Source: Torpedo marmorata (Eukaryota). From it: DNA of 64,000 bases. The position numbers and the translations under genes are program-made. The stretch is taken from positions 126,418,001-126,482,000 of the forward strand of contig OZ360225.1 of the NCBI GenBank assembly GCA_977017645.1. Direction: 5' to 3'. The notes beneath the pieces were generated by a model. It saw only the letters and a list, made by a program, of their open reading frames with translations. It was not told the DNA's origin and did not search any database. Of this stretch, positions 22,785-36,102 are shown in pieces. Position 1 is the stretch's first letter, and every line of letters begins with the position of its first letter.

Positions 22785-22947
22785 GAAACACGAAAGTCTG
22801 CAGATGCTGTGATTGTAGTAAAAACACACTGAAATACTGGAGGAACTCAGCCGGTCTTTTCAGCATCCATAGGAGGAAAATATATATTGCCAACATTTTG
22901 GGGCTGAGCCCTTCTTCAAGGAATAAGCAGAATGAACCAGAAGCCAA
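22785..22947 (-). mobile_element. Penelope-like pLTR end fragment
   Basis: aaacacgaaagtctgcagatgc...ctggaggaactcagc...gggctgagcccttcttcaagg, homologous to the palindrome arms. Confidence 0.75.
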
Positions 22948-23171
22948 CAGCCATTCTCAACCTTTTTTCGGCTATGGCCGCCTTGAGACTCTGCTCAAAG
23001 TTTATGGGCCCCCTTCCCTGTGAACCAGTCAGATTAGTTGGTTTCTTCCGTTCTTCTCTCCTACCGACTACATAAAAAACATTAAAAATATATCATGATT
23101 TCAGTCTATGCCCCCCCCCTTAAATGTGCTGTGCCCCCCAGGGGCCCTATGGCCCCCGTTGAGAATGGCTG
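22948..23171. mobile_element. hAT MITE, family A copy 2
   Basis: Perfect TIR cagccattctcaac / gttgagaatggctg; body matches 10912-11145; no clear TSD. Confidence 0.85.
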
Positions 23172-24992
23172 GTATAAAATATCCATGTGCAGACCCCATG
23201 TAGTGCTCAAAAGCAAGCTGCACAAGTACCTAAAAGGAACTAATTTCAGACCTCTGGAGACAGTGGAGAGTGGGTTATGGTAAACTTCTCTTATGCAAGA
23301 TTGTACAGACTCAGTGGATCAAAGGGCTTCCTTCCATGATGCTCCCATTCTGTGATTCTATACAATAACAAATCTTTGCTCTTCCTCTCCTTATCATTTC
23401 TGCAGCTTTAACAGAGGTTGGTTGCCTGGACAGCCGAGAAGCTCTTGACTGAAGTCCTCTGACTGTTGCCATGCCTTAGGATACTCCACTTGCATTGTGC
23501 AGGGTCAAGCTTAAAACTCAGTCTGAAAGTGGGGAACTGACTAATAGAGTGAGTGATGAAGGCAGAGGTTGAAATTCTTTAACTAGGATTCCATGTTCCC
23601 TCCCACCACCTTACTTCTTGTGGGTCTCCTACCCTTCCTGGCTGATGAAGAGATAAAAAAGACAGAACTACTGATCAATAGACAGTTTACACAGCTCTCA
23701 ATTCCTAACCCCTCAAAGTAAAAACAAAACAAACTGCAATGATAATGATGACTTAGAGATGAAAACAAGGTCATGGTGAACTTGGATAATTGTGAGCTGA
23801 AGTTTGCACACTAGAGATGAGTAAAAGAGAGTAGGGAGGCAAAGAAATGAGGCAATATGTTTCATGTCTTGGCAAACTCATGTAAATACGATCATAGAGT
23901 AGGCTCTAATCAGGCCATCAAAATAACTTCAAACTGATTTTTATGTTTCCTTTCATTGAGTGTGTGGATTGATGCCCTCCAGATTTTGTCATATCCTCTG
24001 TTTGAAAGTTCACAAGGCAGAATAATGCTGCCCACTTTCAGAAAGGGCAGCACATACAATCGCATATAGTTTTCTGCTGCATGCAGTCCTAGTTCTGAAA
24101 CAATTAGATGGACATGTTGTTTGACTATCTTTCTGTCTTATGGAGCCTATTTTAAAGGACAATGGATTAATTTAATAACACCAACATTGTTATTTTTTCA
24201 ATTCTTTTATCTGCACTCTCTATCAATGACACAAAGTGAACTGTAAGCCTGCAGGCAAAATCATGAGCCCATCCTTTCGCGTCCACAGCTGTGAACTGGA
24301 CTCAGAGGGAATTTGAGGTTGAGATAAGCCAACATTGGAATGCTGTTGCTCAAATATCTGCTCCATTTAAGTATGGTTCCTTTAGGAGCATAAGATTAAT
24401 GAATTGCATTTATGAAAAAGCTCAGTACATGAACATCTTTCTTATTTCATTTTGCTGTGTTTACCCTGCTGTTGTGCATCACTTTTATCTTACTAAACTT
24501 AGCTCCCACAACAGATGTCCCTTTCTTTATTCTCCCGTTAAAAGAAAATTCCTTGGCATTGTTCTTCTCTGCTACATGTCTTCCACCTTCCTTTGCATAC
24601 TCCATCAATTTTCCATATTGCCTCCAATTTATCCTTTGGACCATTGCTATCATTCAAAAACTTATCACTAATCCATTCCCCAGCTGGAGCACTTGTGGAC
24701 ATTACAAAATCACTTGTAGAATTCATCTCAGCTTCTCTTTATCATTTTGGCTCAGTTGATTAAAAAGATGCACATTTACACGATCAAATGATCTTTTAAG
24801 ACATCTCTCTGCAGTGACTCTTCTTTGCTCTTCAGTTTATGCAACTTCCTGTAGAACAAAATTCATTATTTCTGTTTTTGATTTTCTCAGTATACTGTAT
24901 ATGTCATTGGCAATTGTCCAAATCCATTGACCTTCCTCCTCCTAAGGTATCCTACTTGAATGCATTAACTGAAGAACTGGATAAACCACAAT

Positions 24993-25254
24993 AGTAAAAA
25001 CACAAAGCTGGAGAAACTCAGCAGGACAAACAGCGTCCTTTATATAGCAAAGGTAAAAATACATACCCGACGTTTCGGGCTTGAGCCCTATATCAAGGTA
25101 TGATAAAGCTTACTTTGATAAAGGGCTCAAGCCCGAAACGTCGGTTATGTATTTTTACCTTTGCTATATAAAATACACTGTTTGACCTGCTGAGTTTCTC
25201 CAGCTTTGTGTTTTTACTTCAACCACGTTGTCTACAGATTTTTGTCTTTTTACT
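24993..25254. mobile_element. Penelope-like pLTR-derived fold-back palindrome
   Basis: Long inverted arms with ttgataaagggctcaagcccgaaacgtc; imperfect TSD ataaaccacaa / ataaagcacaa. Confidence 0.85.
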
Positions 25255-26167
25255 ATAAAGCACAACATATGCCTTGGTGTGAAATATAGCACATTTTATA
25301 TTGTTCTTTCATTAACACAGTTATCTTGTTGGGTTTTCATTACATTGTGCAATAATATAATTTCTATTCCTTTAAGTCACATTTGATATCCAATGCATGA
25401 ACCAACATTTTCCTTGCATCCCTGTGAATCAGCATCAATGGCGGAGTCCTGGAATTGTACAGCATGGAAACATCTTCTAAAACAATAATTTTCAAAGTGA
25501 TGATCAAGGCTATGGATCATAGGATGATTAAAAAATGGGCCACCATTATACATCAGGCTAAGCTCCGTAGTATGAGTCCCAAGGAGTACAGATATTAAGC
25601 AGGACAGAGTCCTGGGAAGCTTGTGGAGAGCAAAGAAGAGGTCTAGTAGGCAGTTGGTCCACAGAGTGGAAAACTGTACGCCCCACTTACCACTCTGGTT
25701 ACTCCAAACCATCCTGTTCCAGCAACATGTGACATTGAAATAGATTCAAGATTCAATTTATTGTTATGTACACAAGATACACAAAATTATTTCCTTTGCT
25801 TGCCCAGCGAAGCCAAACAGAGTTGCCAAATAATCCAGTGCCTTTATTAAAACAAGAAAGAGAAGCAAAAGAGACACCTTAAGAGGGATCAAGACATCCA
25901 AACTATGTGCATGAAGTTTTATTTTCTTATGACTTTGCCCTTGAAGAGTTGATCCAAGTAGTTTGATTGCACCTAGAATTATGTTGATAGATTGTTGGTT
26001 ATTATTATTGGGTCATGTGGGTGAACAATTTGATTAAAGTGGGTCAGCAAAAAATGTTTGAAAATTACTGCATTAAAAGGCAGTCAAATACAGTTCTGAA
26101 GTTTCTTTATGTGAAGCTTCTAAAAGGGTCATCATTTATATTTGAATAATTTTGAAACATTTTAGCT

Positions 26168-26405
26168 ATAAATCTGGGAAATCTGTGGAATTTGTTGCCA
26201 CAAGCCATTGTGGAGGCCAGGTCATTGGGTGTATTTAAGGCAGAGATTGATAGGTTCTTGATTAGCCAGGGAATCAATGGTTATGGGGAGAAGGCCAGGC
26301 AGTGGGATTGAGCAGGAAAATGGATCAGCTCATGATTAAATGGTGCGGCAGACTCGATGAGCTGAATTGTCTATTTCTGCTCCTATGCCTTTATGGTCTT
26401 ATGGT
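26168..26405 (+). mobile_element. CR1 3' end
   Basis: aatctgtggaatttgttgccacaag...tttaaggcagagattgatagg...ggttatggggagaaggc...ctcctatgcc...tatggtcttatgg tail. Confidence 0.85.
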
Positions 26406-28629
26406 TGTAAACATAGAATCCCCTAAGATGTTTGAAAGGGTTTTTTTTATTTTGTAGAAATTAATCTGCATTAAATTTTAACATGGTGAGTAAAATAGGA
26501 AAACTGAAGATATCCCTTTCTCTTCTAAAACCAATAATTAATTATTCCACAGACACCATCTCCTCCCTGAGCATTACTGATATGACATATTTTCCACAAG
26601 TGAGTCTGGACAATAGAGGTTTAACCACAGGCAACATGAAGATAATCTCATGCCCTCTGTTAACATTTACGGGTTGACAATTAGAGGAAAGAGTGGTGCT
26701 GAGCATTTCTGTTCCCAGACTTTGTAAATCCAGTTAAATATACCAAAAAGAAACATGGTCTGATTTTTACTAAATGGCACAATTTTAATGTGATAGACAT
26801 GTTTTCTGCTTAATAGCTGTTTACACGGTGACACGAGTTGTTTCCTAAAATCTGACTGATTGAAGAAAGGTGCCGATGATGATTCCCCTTTGTCAGAACC
26901 TTTGCAGAAGCTTTGCCAGAATCTTTTTTCTTTGACTGAAATGTTAACACAGTTTTTCTTTCTCGGGATGATGCACAACCTGTTGTTTCCAGCAATTTCT
27001 ATTTTTATTTCTGATTTCCAGCATCTGTCGTGCTTTTGATTCTTATCCTCAGCTCTCACAAGCCCTTTGCATGCGGGGTTCATTGGTTGTCAGCCAATCT
27101 GTTACCTATTTCATAATAACCATAGGGGAGAGAACCAGATGGTATCATTGCTATCATTCAAAAACTATTAATTCATCTGTTCCCCACACCGATCCTGCTC
27201 AACCCGATGAATTCCTCCAGCAGTTGTTTTTTTTTGTTCTAGAATCTAGATTTCAGCATCTGCATTCTCTTGTGTTGGTAATCACCTTTTGGCCAATATT
27301 GGAGGCACATTTGACTGAAGGAAGTGGGTTGTGGAAAGAGGATTGTCGAGTTGAAAAATCACCACGGATATTGCCCAGCAACCATCTCCTTCTGCAAAAG
27401 ACATTAGCCAATCCTCAGTTATCTTTCAGGTAACTCTCAAATAGACCATGACATGTACAAATAAAACATTTTTGCTAAATGCCTTGCCTACTTATTCATC
27501 AAAGACTGTAAACACCTGTTCATTAATTGTTCACACCTGTATAACCTGTTTGTCAGAAACATTTCAGTAAATAGTTGGCAAACATTGTCTTTGGAATCTT
27601 GTTTTTGTGACTTACCCTCAAATATTCTGAAAACAGTACATAAAGCTTTATGATTTTCTAAATTCTACAATAAACTATCAAAATGAGGCAATGAAGTGCC
27701 ACGACTAATGACCAATCGAAACAAACTGGAATCAAATGAAGACACAAGGACATGTATTATCCACCAAAGTGTACTTTTAGGTTGCAGAAAACCAGCAAAG
27801 TGCATTACTGTGCAAGTATTACTTTACATATATGTTTTTAATTGCTTCATTCAAAACAGATGAATGACCTGATCCCAAGAGAGAATATTCCATTGTTTGT
27901 CATGACATGTCGAATACCGAGATCAGCAATGAGTATAAACTTAAAAGTGATTGTTGTAATTAGCTACTGTCAGATCTCCAGGAAAGATATTGAATGCAGG
28001 ACTGACTGCTTATAGGGACACACTATCGTGCAGCCATAGACCATCTTCAGATGTAAACAGAGAACATTGCTGATCGTGATTAATCAATCATAAAGTGTAA
28101 TGTACTGTAGAAATGAAAATATTTTGTCAGGTCAATATATAGATTTAAAAAGTAAATATATCTGTCAAAAAGTATAATTTGCACTCTTGGCTCTGAGATA
28201 AATGTTTTATTTTTGAAGAGCATGTGGCGTATCACAGAAGGTGCAGCAAACCTCAACTTCGCTTTTAGAAACTTCAGAGGATTAAATTGGCTCCACCATT
28301 GTGAGCATTACAAACTGTGCAGAAAGTTTAACACATTTTAAATTTTTTTTAGATGATATCTGTTTTAAATGTTGTTCATTGATTGAAGATATCAACAGAG
28401 GGTCTTGATCTCAAGCAAGACTGGTGTGATTCAAAGGTCTCCTGCACTCCCTTGGCCATAAAAAAATGTCAGATCTTTATTAACAAGGGATTCTGTGTTC
28501 TTTGTTAAGGTAAGGCTGAATGTTTCAGAGCAAGTAAATCAAGAATGGCTGAAAACACAGGGGAAATTTTGACGGAAATGTTGGAACAAAGAAGAGATGG
28601 TCAACTTCCATGAAGAGTGGAGAACGAAG

Positions 28630-30060
28630 CCTCATACGCCAGGCTGCTGTCATTGACTTCAGTTCGGCATTTAATGCAATCATTCCCCAGAGGTTGGTAG
28701 AGAAGCTCTCCTCGCTGTGACTCAACACCCCTCTCTGTAACTAAATTCTGGACTTCCTAACAGAAAGACCACAGTCTGTCTGGGTCGGTAGCAGAACGTC
28801 GAGCACTGTCACGCTGAGCACGGGTGCACCTCAGGGCTGTGTGCTCAGCCCTCTCCTGTTCATGCTACTGATCCATGACTGCATCGCCAGATCCAGCTCC
28901 AACAGTGTCATCAAGTTTGCAGATGACACAACAGTAGTTGACCTCATCAGCAACAATGATGAGTCAGACTACAGAGAAGAGGTGGAAAATCTCATGATAT
29001 GGTGCGAGTAACAACCTGAGTCTCAACGAGGACAAGACGAAGGAGATGATCGTGGACTTCAGGAGGATAAGGAATGACCACTCTCCACTACACATCAACA
29101 ACTCTGTAGTCGAGAGAGTGGAGAGCACCAAGTTCCTTGGAGTTCACTTAACTAGTAACCTCTTGTGGACACTCAACATCTCCTAACTTGTCAGAAAGGT
29201 GCAACAGTGATTGTACTTCCTGAGAAAATGGAAGTGGGCAAGGTTACCGGCCACCATCATGTCAACTTTCTACAGGAGCTATATCGAGAGCATCCTGGCC
29301 GACTGCATCACAGTGCGGTACAGTTGCTGCAGAGAAATGGATCGGAGGTCAATCTGCAGGACCGTAAGAGTGGCAGAGAGGATCACTGGAGTCTCCCTTC
29401 CACCCCCACCCCCCACCCCCCACCCCCCACTCTATCGACATGATCTACTGGGATCATTTTCTGGAGGGTGCGCAAAAGCATTAAGGACCCCTTCCATCCC
29501 GCACACAGAATCTTTCAGCTGCCTGCATCGGGAAAGAGATACAGGAGTACAGTATCAGAGCCAGTACCACGAGGCCGAGAAACAGCTTCTTCCCTGGGGC
29601 AGTGAGAATGCTGAACGACCAAAGGAACTGCTCACAATAACTATCCGAGACTCTCTTATTCATGAAACAATATTTATTGATGTATTTGAATATATGAATA
29701 CTTGTCCTGCATATGTATTGTGTTATAAAAAACACAAATGCTGGAGAAACTCAACAGGTCAAACAGTGTCTTTTATGTAGCAAAGGTAGAAATACATAAC
29801 CGACGTTTCGGGCCTCAGGCCTGAAATGTCGGTACTGTATTTCTACCTTTGCTACATAAAAGACACTGTTTGACCTGCTGAGTTTCTCCAGCATTTGTGT
29901 TTTTTACTTCAACCACGGTGTCTACAGATTTTCGTGTTTTACCTATGTATTGTGTTATGTCTGGTTGTGTGTCTGTGTGTTTTGCACCAAGGGCTGGAGA
30001 ACGCTGTTTCGTCGGGTTGTATTTGTGCAATTAGAGGACAATAAACTTGACTTGACTTGA
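28630..30060 (+). mobile_element. Rex1/Babar LINE, 5'-truncated and degenerate (RT plus DUF1891-like C-terminus)
   Basis: [56 protein letters not shown]; tail gacaataaa(cttga)n. Confidence 0.92.
29727..29943. mobile_element. Penelope-like fold-back palindrome inserted in the Rex1 3'UTR
   Basis: Inverted arms around gacgtttcgggcctcaggcctgaaatgtc; perfect 15-bp TSD tatgtattgtgttat at 29712-29726 and 29944-29958. Confidence 0.9.
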
Positions 30061-30699
30061 TTGTTCACAGCCTTGTAGAAACACAGGTCCTTGCCACAGA
30101 ATTTGCCAGCAAGTTAATCAGAGGATCCATAAAACGTAACTCCATTTATTTTCTGTGTGTCAATAGTGAGCCAGGGCAATTTGTTGCTGGCATCAAGACA
30201 TGTTCCACTATACTCCATGATTCATTACTTTGTTTATAATAAAGCTCTGCTGCCAATGTTAGTGTAAAAGCATACCGTTGCCATTACCACAACAACAATC
30301 ACCAATCCTCATCCACCATTGCACGACTGCCACTGCAGTAACTACCACTTAGATAGCACTTTAACATGGAAAGCATTCCACACTTCTCCACTGAGGTGCA
30401 AGCAAACCAAACTCAGCACTCGGCCACATCAGGAGATAATTGCAGGCAACCAAAGGCTTGTTCTAAGAACTCCCTGAGGGAATTTAAGATCTTTAGCGTC
30501 TTGACAACTGAAATTATAGCCACTAAAGTTGGAACTTTTAATCCAGGAGGAACATTAAAGTACATAAATTTGTCATTTTCGATCTTACAAACCTCTCAAT
30601 ATCTCTTATTTGGGTGAGGTCTGATGGACATAGAACAATATTCTTTACCAAAAGCATGAACTTGAAGATTTTATGTACATTGCTATCCAATTAAGTCAT

Positions 30700-31000
30700 T
30701 GTTATGGAAACAGGCCCTCCAGCCCTACGAGGCCACACTTACCATCCAGCAACCATTGTGCTCAAATAACCAAAGTCTCTCTACTTTTACATCCACATCC
30801 CATGCAAGAGACAATTTACAGTGGTCAATTCACACACAGACCCACATGCCTATGGAATGTGGAGGGGCAAATTGGAGCACCATCGGAAAACCCCACAAAG
30901 TCACAGAGAGATGGTGCAAACTTCTCATGGACAGGGCTGAACCAGGGCCACTGGACATGTGAGGTAGCAGCTCCACCAACTGTGCCACTGTGCCACCCCT
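30700..31000 (-). mobile_element. tRNA-derived SINE (V-SINE-like), antisense
   Basis: Reverse complement starts gggtggcacagtggcacagttggtggagctgctacctcac...; gaagtttgcacc..ctctctgtgac domain. Confidence 0.7.
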
Positions 31001-32654
31001 ACTGTTATGGAGATTCATAAACAAATCTAATCCATTCATCTCGAGCATGCAACCTATAATCTATGAATTCTGCACAGACCAGCCATAAAATTGTTATCTG
31101 TAGGACTCAGTATTGCACAACATGAAGTCTTGCACAAGTCAATATTATTTTATAAGTAAATCCTTATCAACAGTGTTTCAACATAATTTAAATCTATGGA
31201 TTTTTCTCCAAGTACTTAAAGAATTGAACAAGCCTCTTTCAATCCAATTATTTATTGATACTTGAGTAGTATAACCTTAACATTGGACAACACAACATTG
31301 AGCCTGTTAACCATAAATAAATACAATACAAAATTCTTTACAAAAAGCAAGCTAAATCAATCAAATATTGTGTAAAATAATAAAACTGGAATTAATTTCT
31401 GTCCTAGTCTTCACTCAATAGTAACTAAATCAGCTGAATGCTTAATGATTTTTGAATGACTAATATTAATACCTCGAAACATATACCGGTATGTCAAGAA
31501 ATCTCTACAGGTGGTATAGAGTGGCAAATTGTGCTAGTGGCATGGAACACACAGCTGCTATTGTACTGCACAGCTAGTGTTAATCACTAGGGGTGAAGTT
31601 CTTTGTGAGGAACAGTCTTATCAATTTGTTTTTGGCACTGTTGTCAATTTCTGCTGCTTAATGATACTCAAATTACATCAAATAATATTCACAAAAATAT
31701 TACATTATAAATTAAACTAAACCAGAGTGTATTCACAGTTCAATGAAAGGTTTAGTTTTGTCTGAATTGGCCCAAAAATGTCACAAATAGAACAATGCAA
31801 TTTTAAAGATTATCAGGCTCATCAGCTGACAGCATAGATAGTTAAGTAGCAGGAAAATTCTTATGTTATATCCTGTCAGTATGCCCGAACAGTAAAACTT
31901 GACTGCATTATCTGTTGTTTTGGTATAGCAAATGTTAATTTGTGTCCAACTTTCATATGTTGCATGCTCACACATTTGCAATAAAAGTTGCATTGTCTGC
32001 CGTATTGGAAGAGTACTAGTATGTGTGATCTGATTGCCTACCTGACCTATGAAGAATGGATAGATCATGTCAATCATCCACAAAGCTGAATTAATGACAG
32101 CACTGACAAACTGAACTAATGTATCTCATACAATATGTTAGGCACACATGGTAGATCGGCGTTTAGTGAAGGTAAAACCTTCACCACTAACAATAACAGC
32201 CTTCACCATCCCAATCCATTGCCATCAAATGTGGATGGGTTGAAATGCTAATTAATTTCTATGGCATTGGATTGAGTTAAGTTGTATTTCTAGACTTACT
32301 TGGAGTTTGCAAAGTCTGCAAGAAATGCTGTGTATGTAACTTACTTTCAACGCTTCTGGAATAGGTAGCTTCTCCACTACCTGGATACCATATTCGCCAT
32401 TCTTTTTCTGACCAGGATAATGGGTAGTTGCACAAAAAAAAAAGTGAATAAAAATGGTGAGAAGAGGGAGGAGGAGGAGGAGGAGAAGAAGGAAAATAGC
32501 CCTCAGCAGTGAATCACAGCCATCAAAGGCATTCAGGATGCAATTCTCCTTCAACCACTTCAGCAACACAATGTTCAGTGCACTTTGGACTCAGTGAGAG
32601 TGTTATCACTAAAATATGTGGCCTACACTAGGCACAGGTGTAACCATCGGGTCA

Positions 32655-32812
32655 TATAATATGCATATGCATTGTTTATCTGTATGTTTGTTATGTCTAG
32701 TTGTATGTCTGCCTTGTTTTGCACCGAGGTCCGGAGAACGCTGTTTTGTCGGGTTGACCTTGTACAATCAGATGACAATAAACTTGACTTGACTTGACTT
32801 GACTTGACTTGA
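32655..32812 (+). mobile_element. Rex1/Babar 3'UTR fragment with (cttga)n tail
   Basis: tttgcaccgagg.ccggagaacgctgt...gatgacaataaa(cttga)6, same as the end of the 28630 element. Confidence 0.85.
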
Positions 32813-33029
32813 TATAAGGCTACCACCCAGCATTAGTAGGAGGCTCTAGACTGGAAATCAAATACAAAGTGCTGCTTATTTCCATGCAACATGATTTTAA
32901 ATAAAATTTCAGATGAAACAAAATGCAGTTACAGGCTGAATTGTGTTTGCTCATCTGATGGGATTTCACCATCTAGTGATGTCACACCCAAAACGACATT
33001 TGTTTTGGTGCCACCCTGGATAAATTGGT

Positions 33030-33352
33030 CCACACTTGGTTAAAAAAATTGCAGCAGACTGTTGTGCAGAGAGACCTGAGAGTGCTTGTGCATGAATCAC
33101 AAAAAATTAGTTTGCAGATCCAGCAGGTAATCAAGAAGGCAAATGGGATGTTGGCCTTCATTGTTTGAGGGATTGAATTGAAGAGCAGTTCAACTGAAGT
33201 TCTGCTGCAACTATGCAGGGTACTGGTGAGGATGCACCTGGAGTACTGTGTGCAGTTCGGATCTACTTGAAACGGATACACCTGTACTGGATTTGGATAT
33301 AGTGCAGAGAAGGTTCACCAGATTGATTCTGGAAATGAAGAGGTTAGTTTAT
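33030..33352 (+). mobile_element. CR1 RT C-terminal fragment
   Basis: KKANGMLAFI..GIE...LLQLxRVLVRxHLEYCVQF in degenerate form. Confidence 0.8.
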
Positions 33353-33419
33353 ACAGAACAGAGAACACAGTAACATGCGCTTAAGTCTATGTGTCTGTGC
33401 TGAACATGATGTCCAAATC

Positions 33420-34960
33420 AAACTAAAACTCTACTGCTTGCAACTGATGGATATCACTCCATGTCCTTCATATTCATGTGTGTATCTAGAAGCTTCTTAA
33501 ATGCTACTGTTATATCTGCTTTCACCACTACCCCTGACAGCCTGTTCTAGGCAGCTACCTCTCTTTCTGTAAAATATTTGCCCTGCACATCTCTCTCTCC
33601 TCTCCCTCACCTTAAATGCATGTCCTCTCATGTGTGATGCTTTTGGCCTGGGGAAAAGATTCCCATCAATGCCTCTCATGATTCCATACACCACTATCAG
33701 GTTTCTCCTCAGCCTCCTACACTCCAGAGAAAACAATCCAAATTTGTCCAATCTTTCCCTATAACTCACCCCCTCTCAACCAGACTGTCCACATCCTTCT
33801 CCTTGGTAAACACCAATGCAAAGTACTCATTTGGTACTGCGCCCACTTCCTCTGACTCAAAACATAAATTCCCTCCTTTGTCCTTGAGTGGTCCTTTCCT
33901 CTCCCTAGTCATCCTCTTGTTTTTAATGTATGTATAAAATGTCTTGGGATTTTCTTTAGTCCTGCTCGCCAAGGACATTTCATGGTCATTTTGGGGGTCA
34001 AGAACTTCAAATTCCTGGGTGTCAACATCTCCGAGGATCTGTCCTGGAGCATCCACGTGGATGCAATCACAAAGAAGGCTCGCCAGCGGCTATACTTTGT
34101 GAGGCGATTGCGGAGATTCGGTATGTCGCCGAAGACTCTCGTGAACTTCTACAGGTGTACCGTGGAGAGCATTCTAGCTGGTTGCATCACTGCCTGGTAT
34201 GGTGGTGCCAACTCCCAGGACAAGTGCAAACTCCAGAAGGTTGTTACCTCGGCTTGTGACATCACGGGCACCAAACTTCACTCCATCGAGGACATCTACA
34301 TGAGGCGATGTCTTAATAAAGCAGCCTCTATCCTCAAGGACCCCCACCACCCAGGCCATGCCCTCTTCACGCTGCTTCCATCGGGGAAAAGGTACAGGAG
34401 CCTAAAGACGAGCACTCAACGGCACAAGGTCAGCTTCTTCCCTGCTGCCATCAGATTCCTGAACAATCAATGAACCAAAGACACTAGTGCACTATTGTTT
34501 ATAATTTTTATATAGTAATGTCGTTAGAATGGTTAATATGAATGTTAATTGCACTATGATGCTGCCGCAAAGCACCGAATTTCATGACTTGTTCATGACA
34601 ATAAATTCTGATTCTGATTCTGATTCTAATGTCCTGTTTGAACTCTGTCCTGCAATCTTTATATTTCTCCAGGGGCCTGCTTGCTTGTAGCTTCCTGAAC
34701 CTTACATATACCTCATTTAACTTTTTGACTAAGTTCATGATCTCTCTCGTCATCCAAGGTTCTCTTACTATGCCATCGCTATCCTTCCTTCACACTGGAA
34801 TATGCTGGTCCTTACTTGTTGGTCCTTAAACAGCTGCCTTATGTCAGCTGAGGGCTTGCCCGATAACAGCTGCTCTAATTTTTCTCCCTCTTGCTCCTGT
34901 CTAATCCTGTCATAATTAGCTCTCCCCCAATTTAATATTTTCTATGAGGCCCAATCTTAT
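33420..34960 (-). mobile_element. CR1 fragments (antisense) interrupted by a Rex1 insertion
   Basis: Minus ORFs SYRERLDKFGLFSLECRRLR, KENPKTFYTYIKNKRMTRE, PWMTREIM; continuity is broken by 33984-34628. Confidence 0.8.
33984..34628 (+). mobile_element. Rex1/Babar 3' fragment with stop-free C-terminal ORF (33982-34473)
   Basis: FKFLGVNISEDLSW...KKARQRLYF...FYRCTVESIL...SFFPAAIRFLN; tail gacaataaa(ttctga)n. Confidence 0.92.
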
Positions 34961-34984
34961 CTTTGCCCATAACCATCTTGAAGT

Positions 34985-35452
34985 TCATGAGGAGAGATTG
35001 AATAGACTGGAACTATGCTCTTTGGAGTTTAGGAGGATGAGGGGGATCTTTTATAGATGCAGAAAAAATATGAAAGGAAGAGATAAAATAGAAGCAGGGA
35101 GGTTGTGTCCACTGGCAGATGAGACTTGAAGTAGGGGACATAGTCTCAAGATTCAGGGGAGTATATTAAAGACAGTAATAAAGAGGAACTACCCCCAGAG
35201 AATAGTGAATCTGTGGAATAGTCTGTCCAAGGAAACAGTAGAGGCAGCCTCATTAACTGTATTTAAGACACACTAGTTACAATTTGAAGAATGGGGGAAT
35301 TAAGGGTTTTGGGGAATGGGGTGAGGGGTTGGGGGGGGCGGGGGCGTGCAACTGAGTCCATGGCCAGATCAGCCATGATCTTATTGAATAGCAGAGCAGG
35401 TTTTGACGGACCAGATGGTCTACTCTTGCTCCTATTCTTCGTGTTCTTAGGT
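34985..35452 (+). mobile_element. CR1 3' end
   Basis: EERLNRLELCSLEFRRMRG, aatctgtggaat, agatcagccatgatcttattgaat tail. Confidence 0.8.
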
Positions 35453-36102
35453 CCTAAGGAAAGTTCTACTATGCTCTCACCTCAACAGTGCTAAAATTTC
35501 CTGCTCTAACTCCAGACTGGTCATGGTCTGATTCCCTTAGCAGCCCATGATCTAACACAAGATACCCAAGTGACTCAAACTCTGATTTCCACCAATCTCG
35601 CAAAGGTCCAGACACGATAAGTCCCCAACATCCAAACAAGTGAATGCCAGATCCCGCAAGATCCAATCCCTGAGGCTCCAATCTCTACCTCCCCACCCAG
35701 GCCTTATTCCAATCCTGATTATTGATCTCCTTCTCCCTGAGCCCTGATCATGATCACCATCCAACACCCCCATTCATCAAACCCACTGCTCCTCCAGCCA
35801 ATCTTCCCAACCCAAAGGGCATAGTAGAAAAGTGAGTATCCATTCATGTCTCAAGTTCTACTTGGCTTTACAGCTGAAAGCGATCAATCAAAATAGTCAA
35901 TGGATATTAGTTGGCAGGGGATCAAACAATATGGTTCAAGAGTGTGGTGCTGATCTAAATGATCAGTCATGATCCTATTGAATGCTGGATCAGGTATGAA
36001 ATGCTTCATAAACTATTCCTGCTTCTACTTCTAATGTCAATGCCACATTAAACAAAGAATCTCTGACCAGTCATACTGACACAACAATTTCTATAGCTCT
36101 GA

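Noticed and set aside
27290-27435. Possible host exon ending cag|gtaac
   Set aside because: No recognisable protein similarity or clear acceptor site; the upstream part of the ORF is a Penelope-type end remnant.
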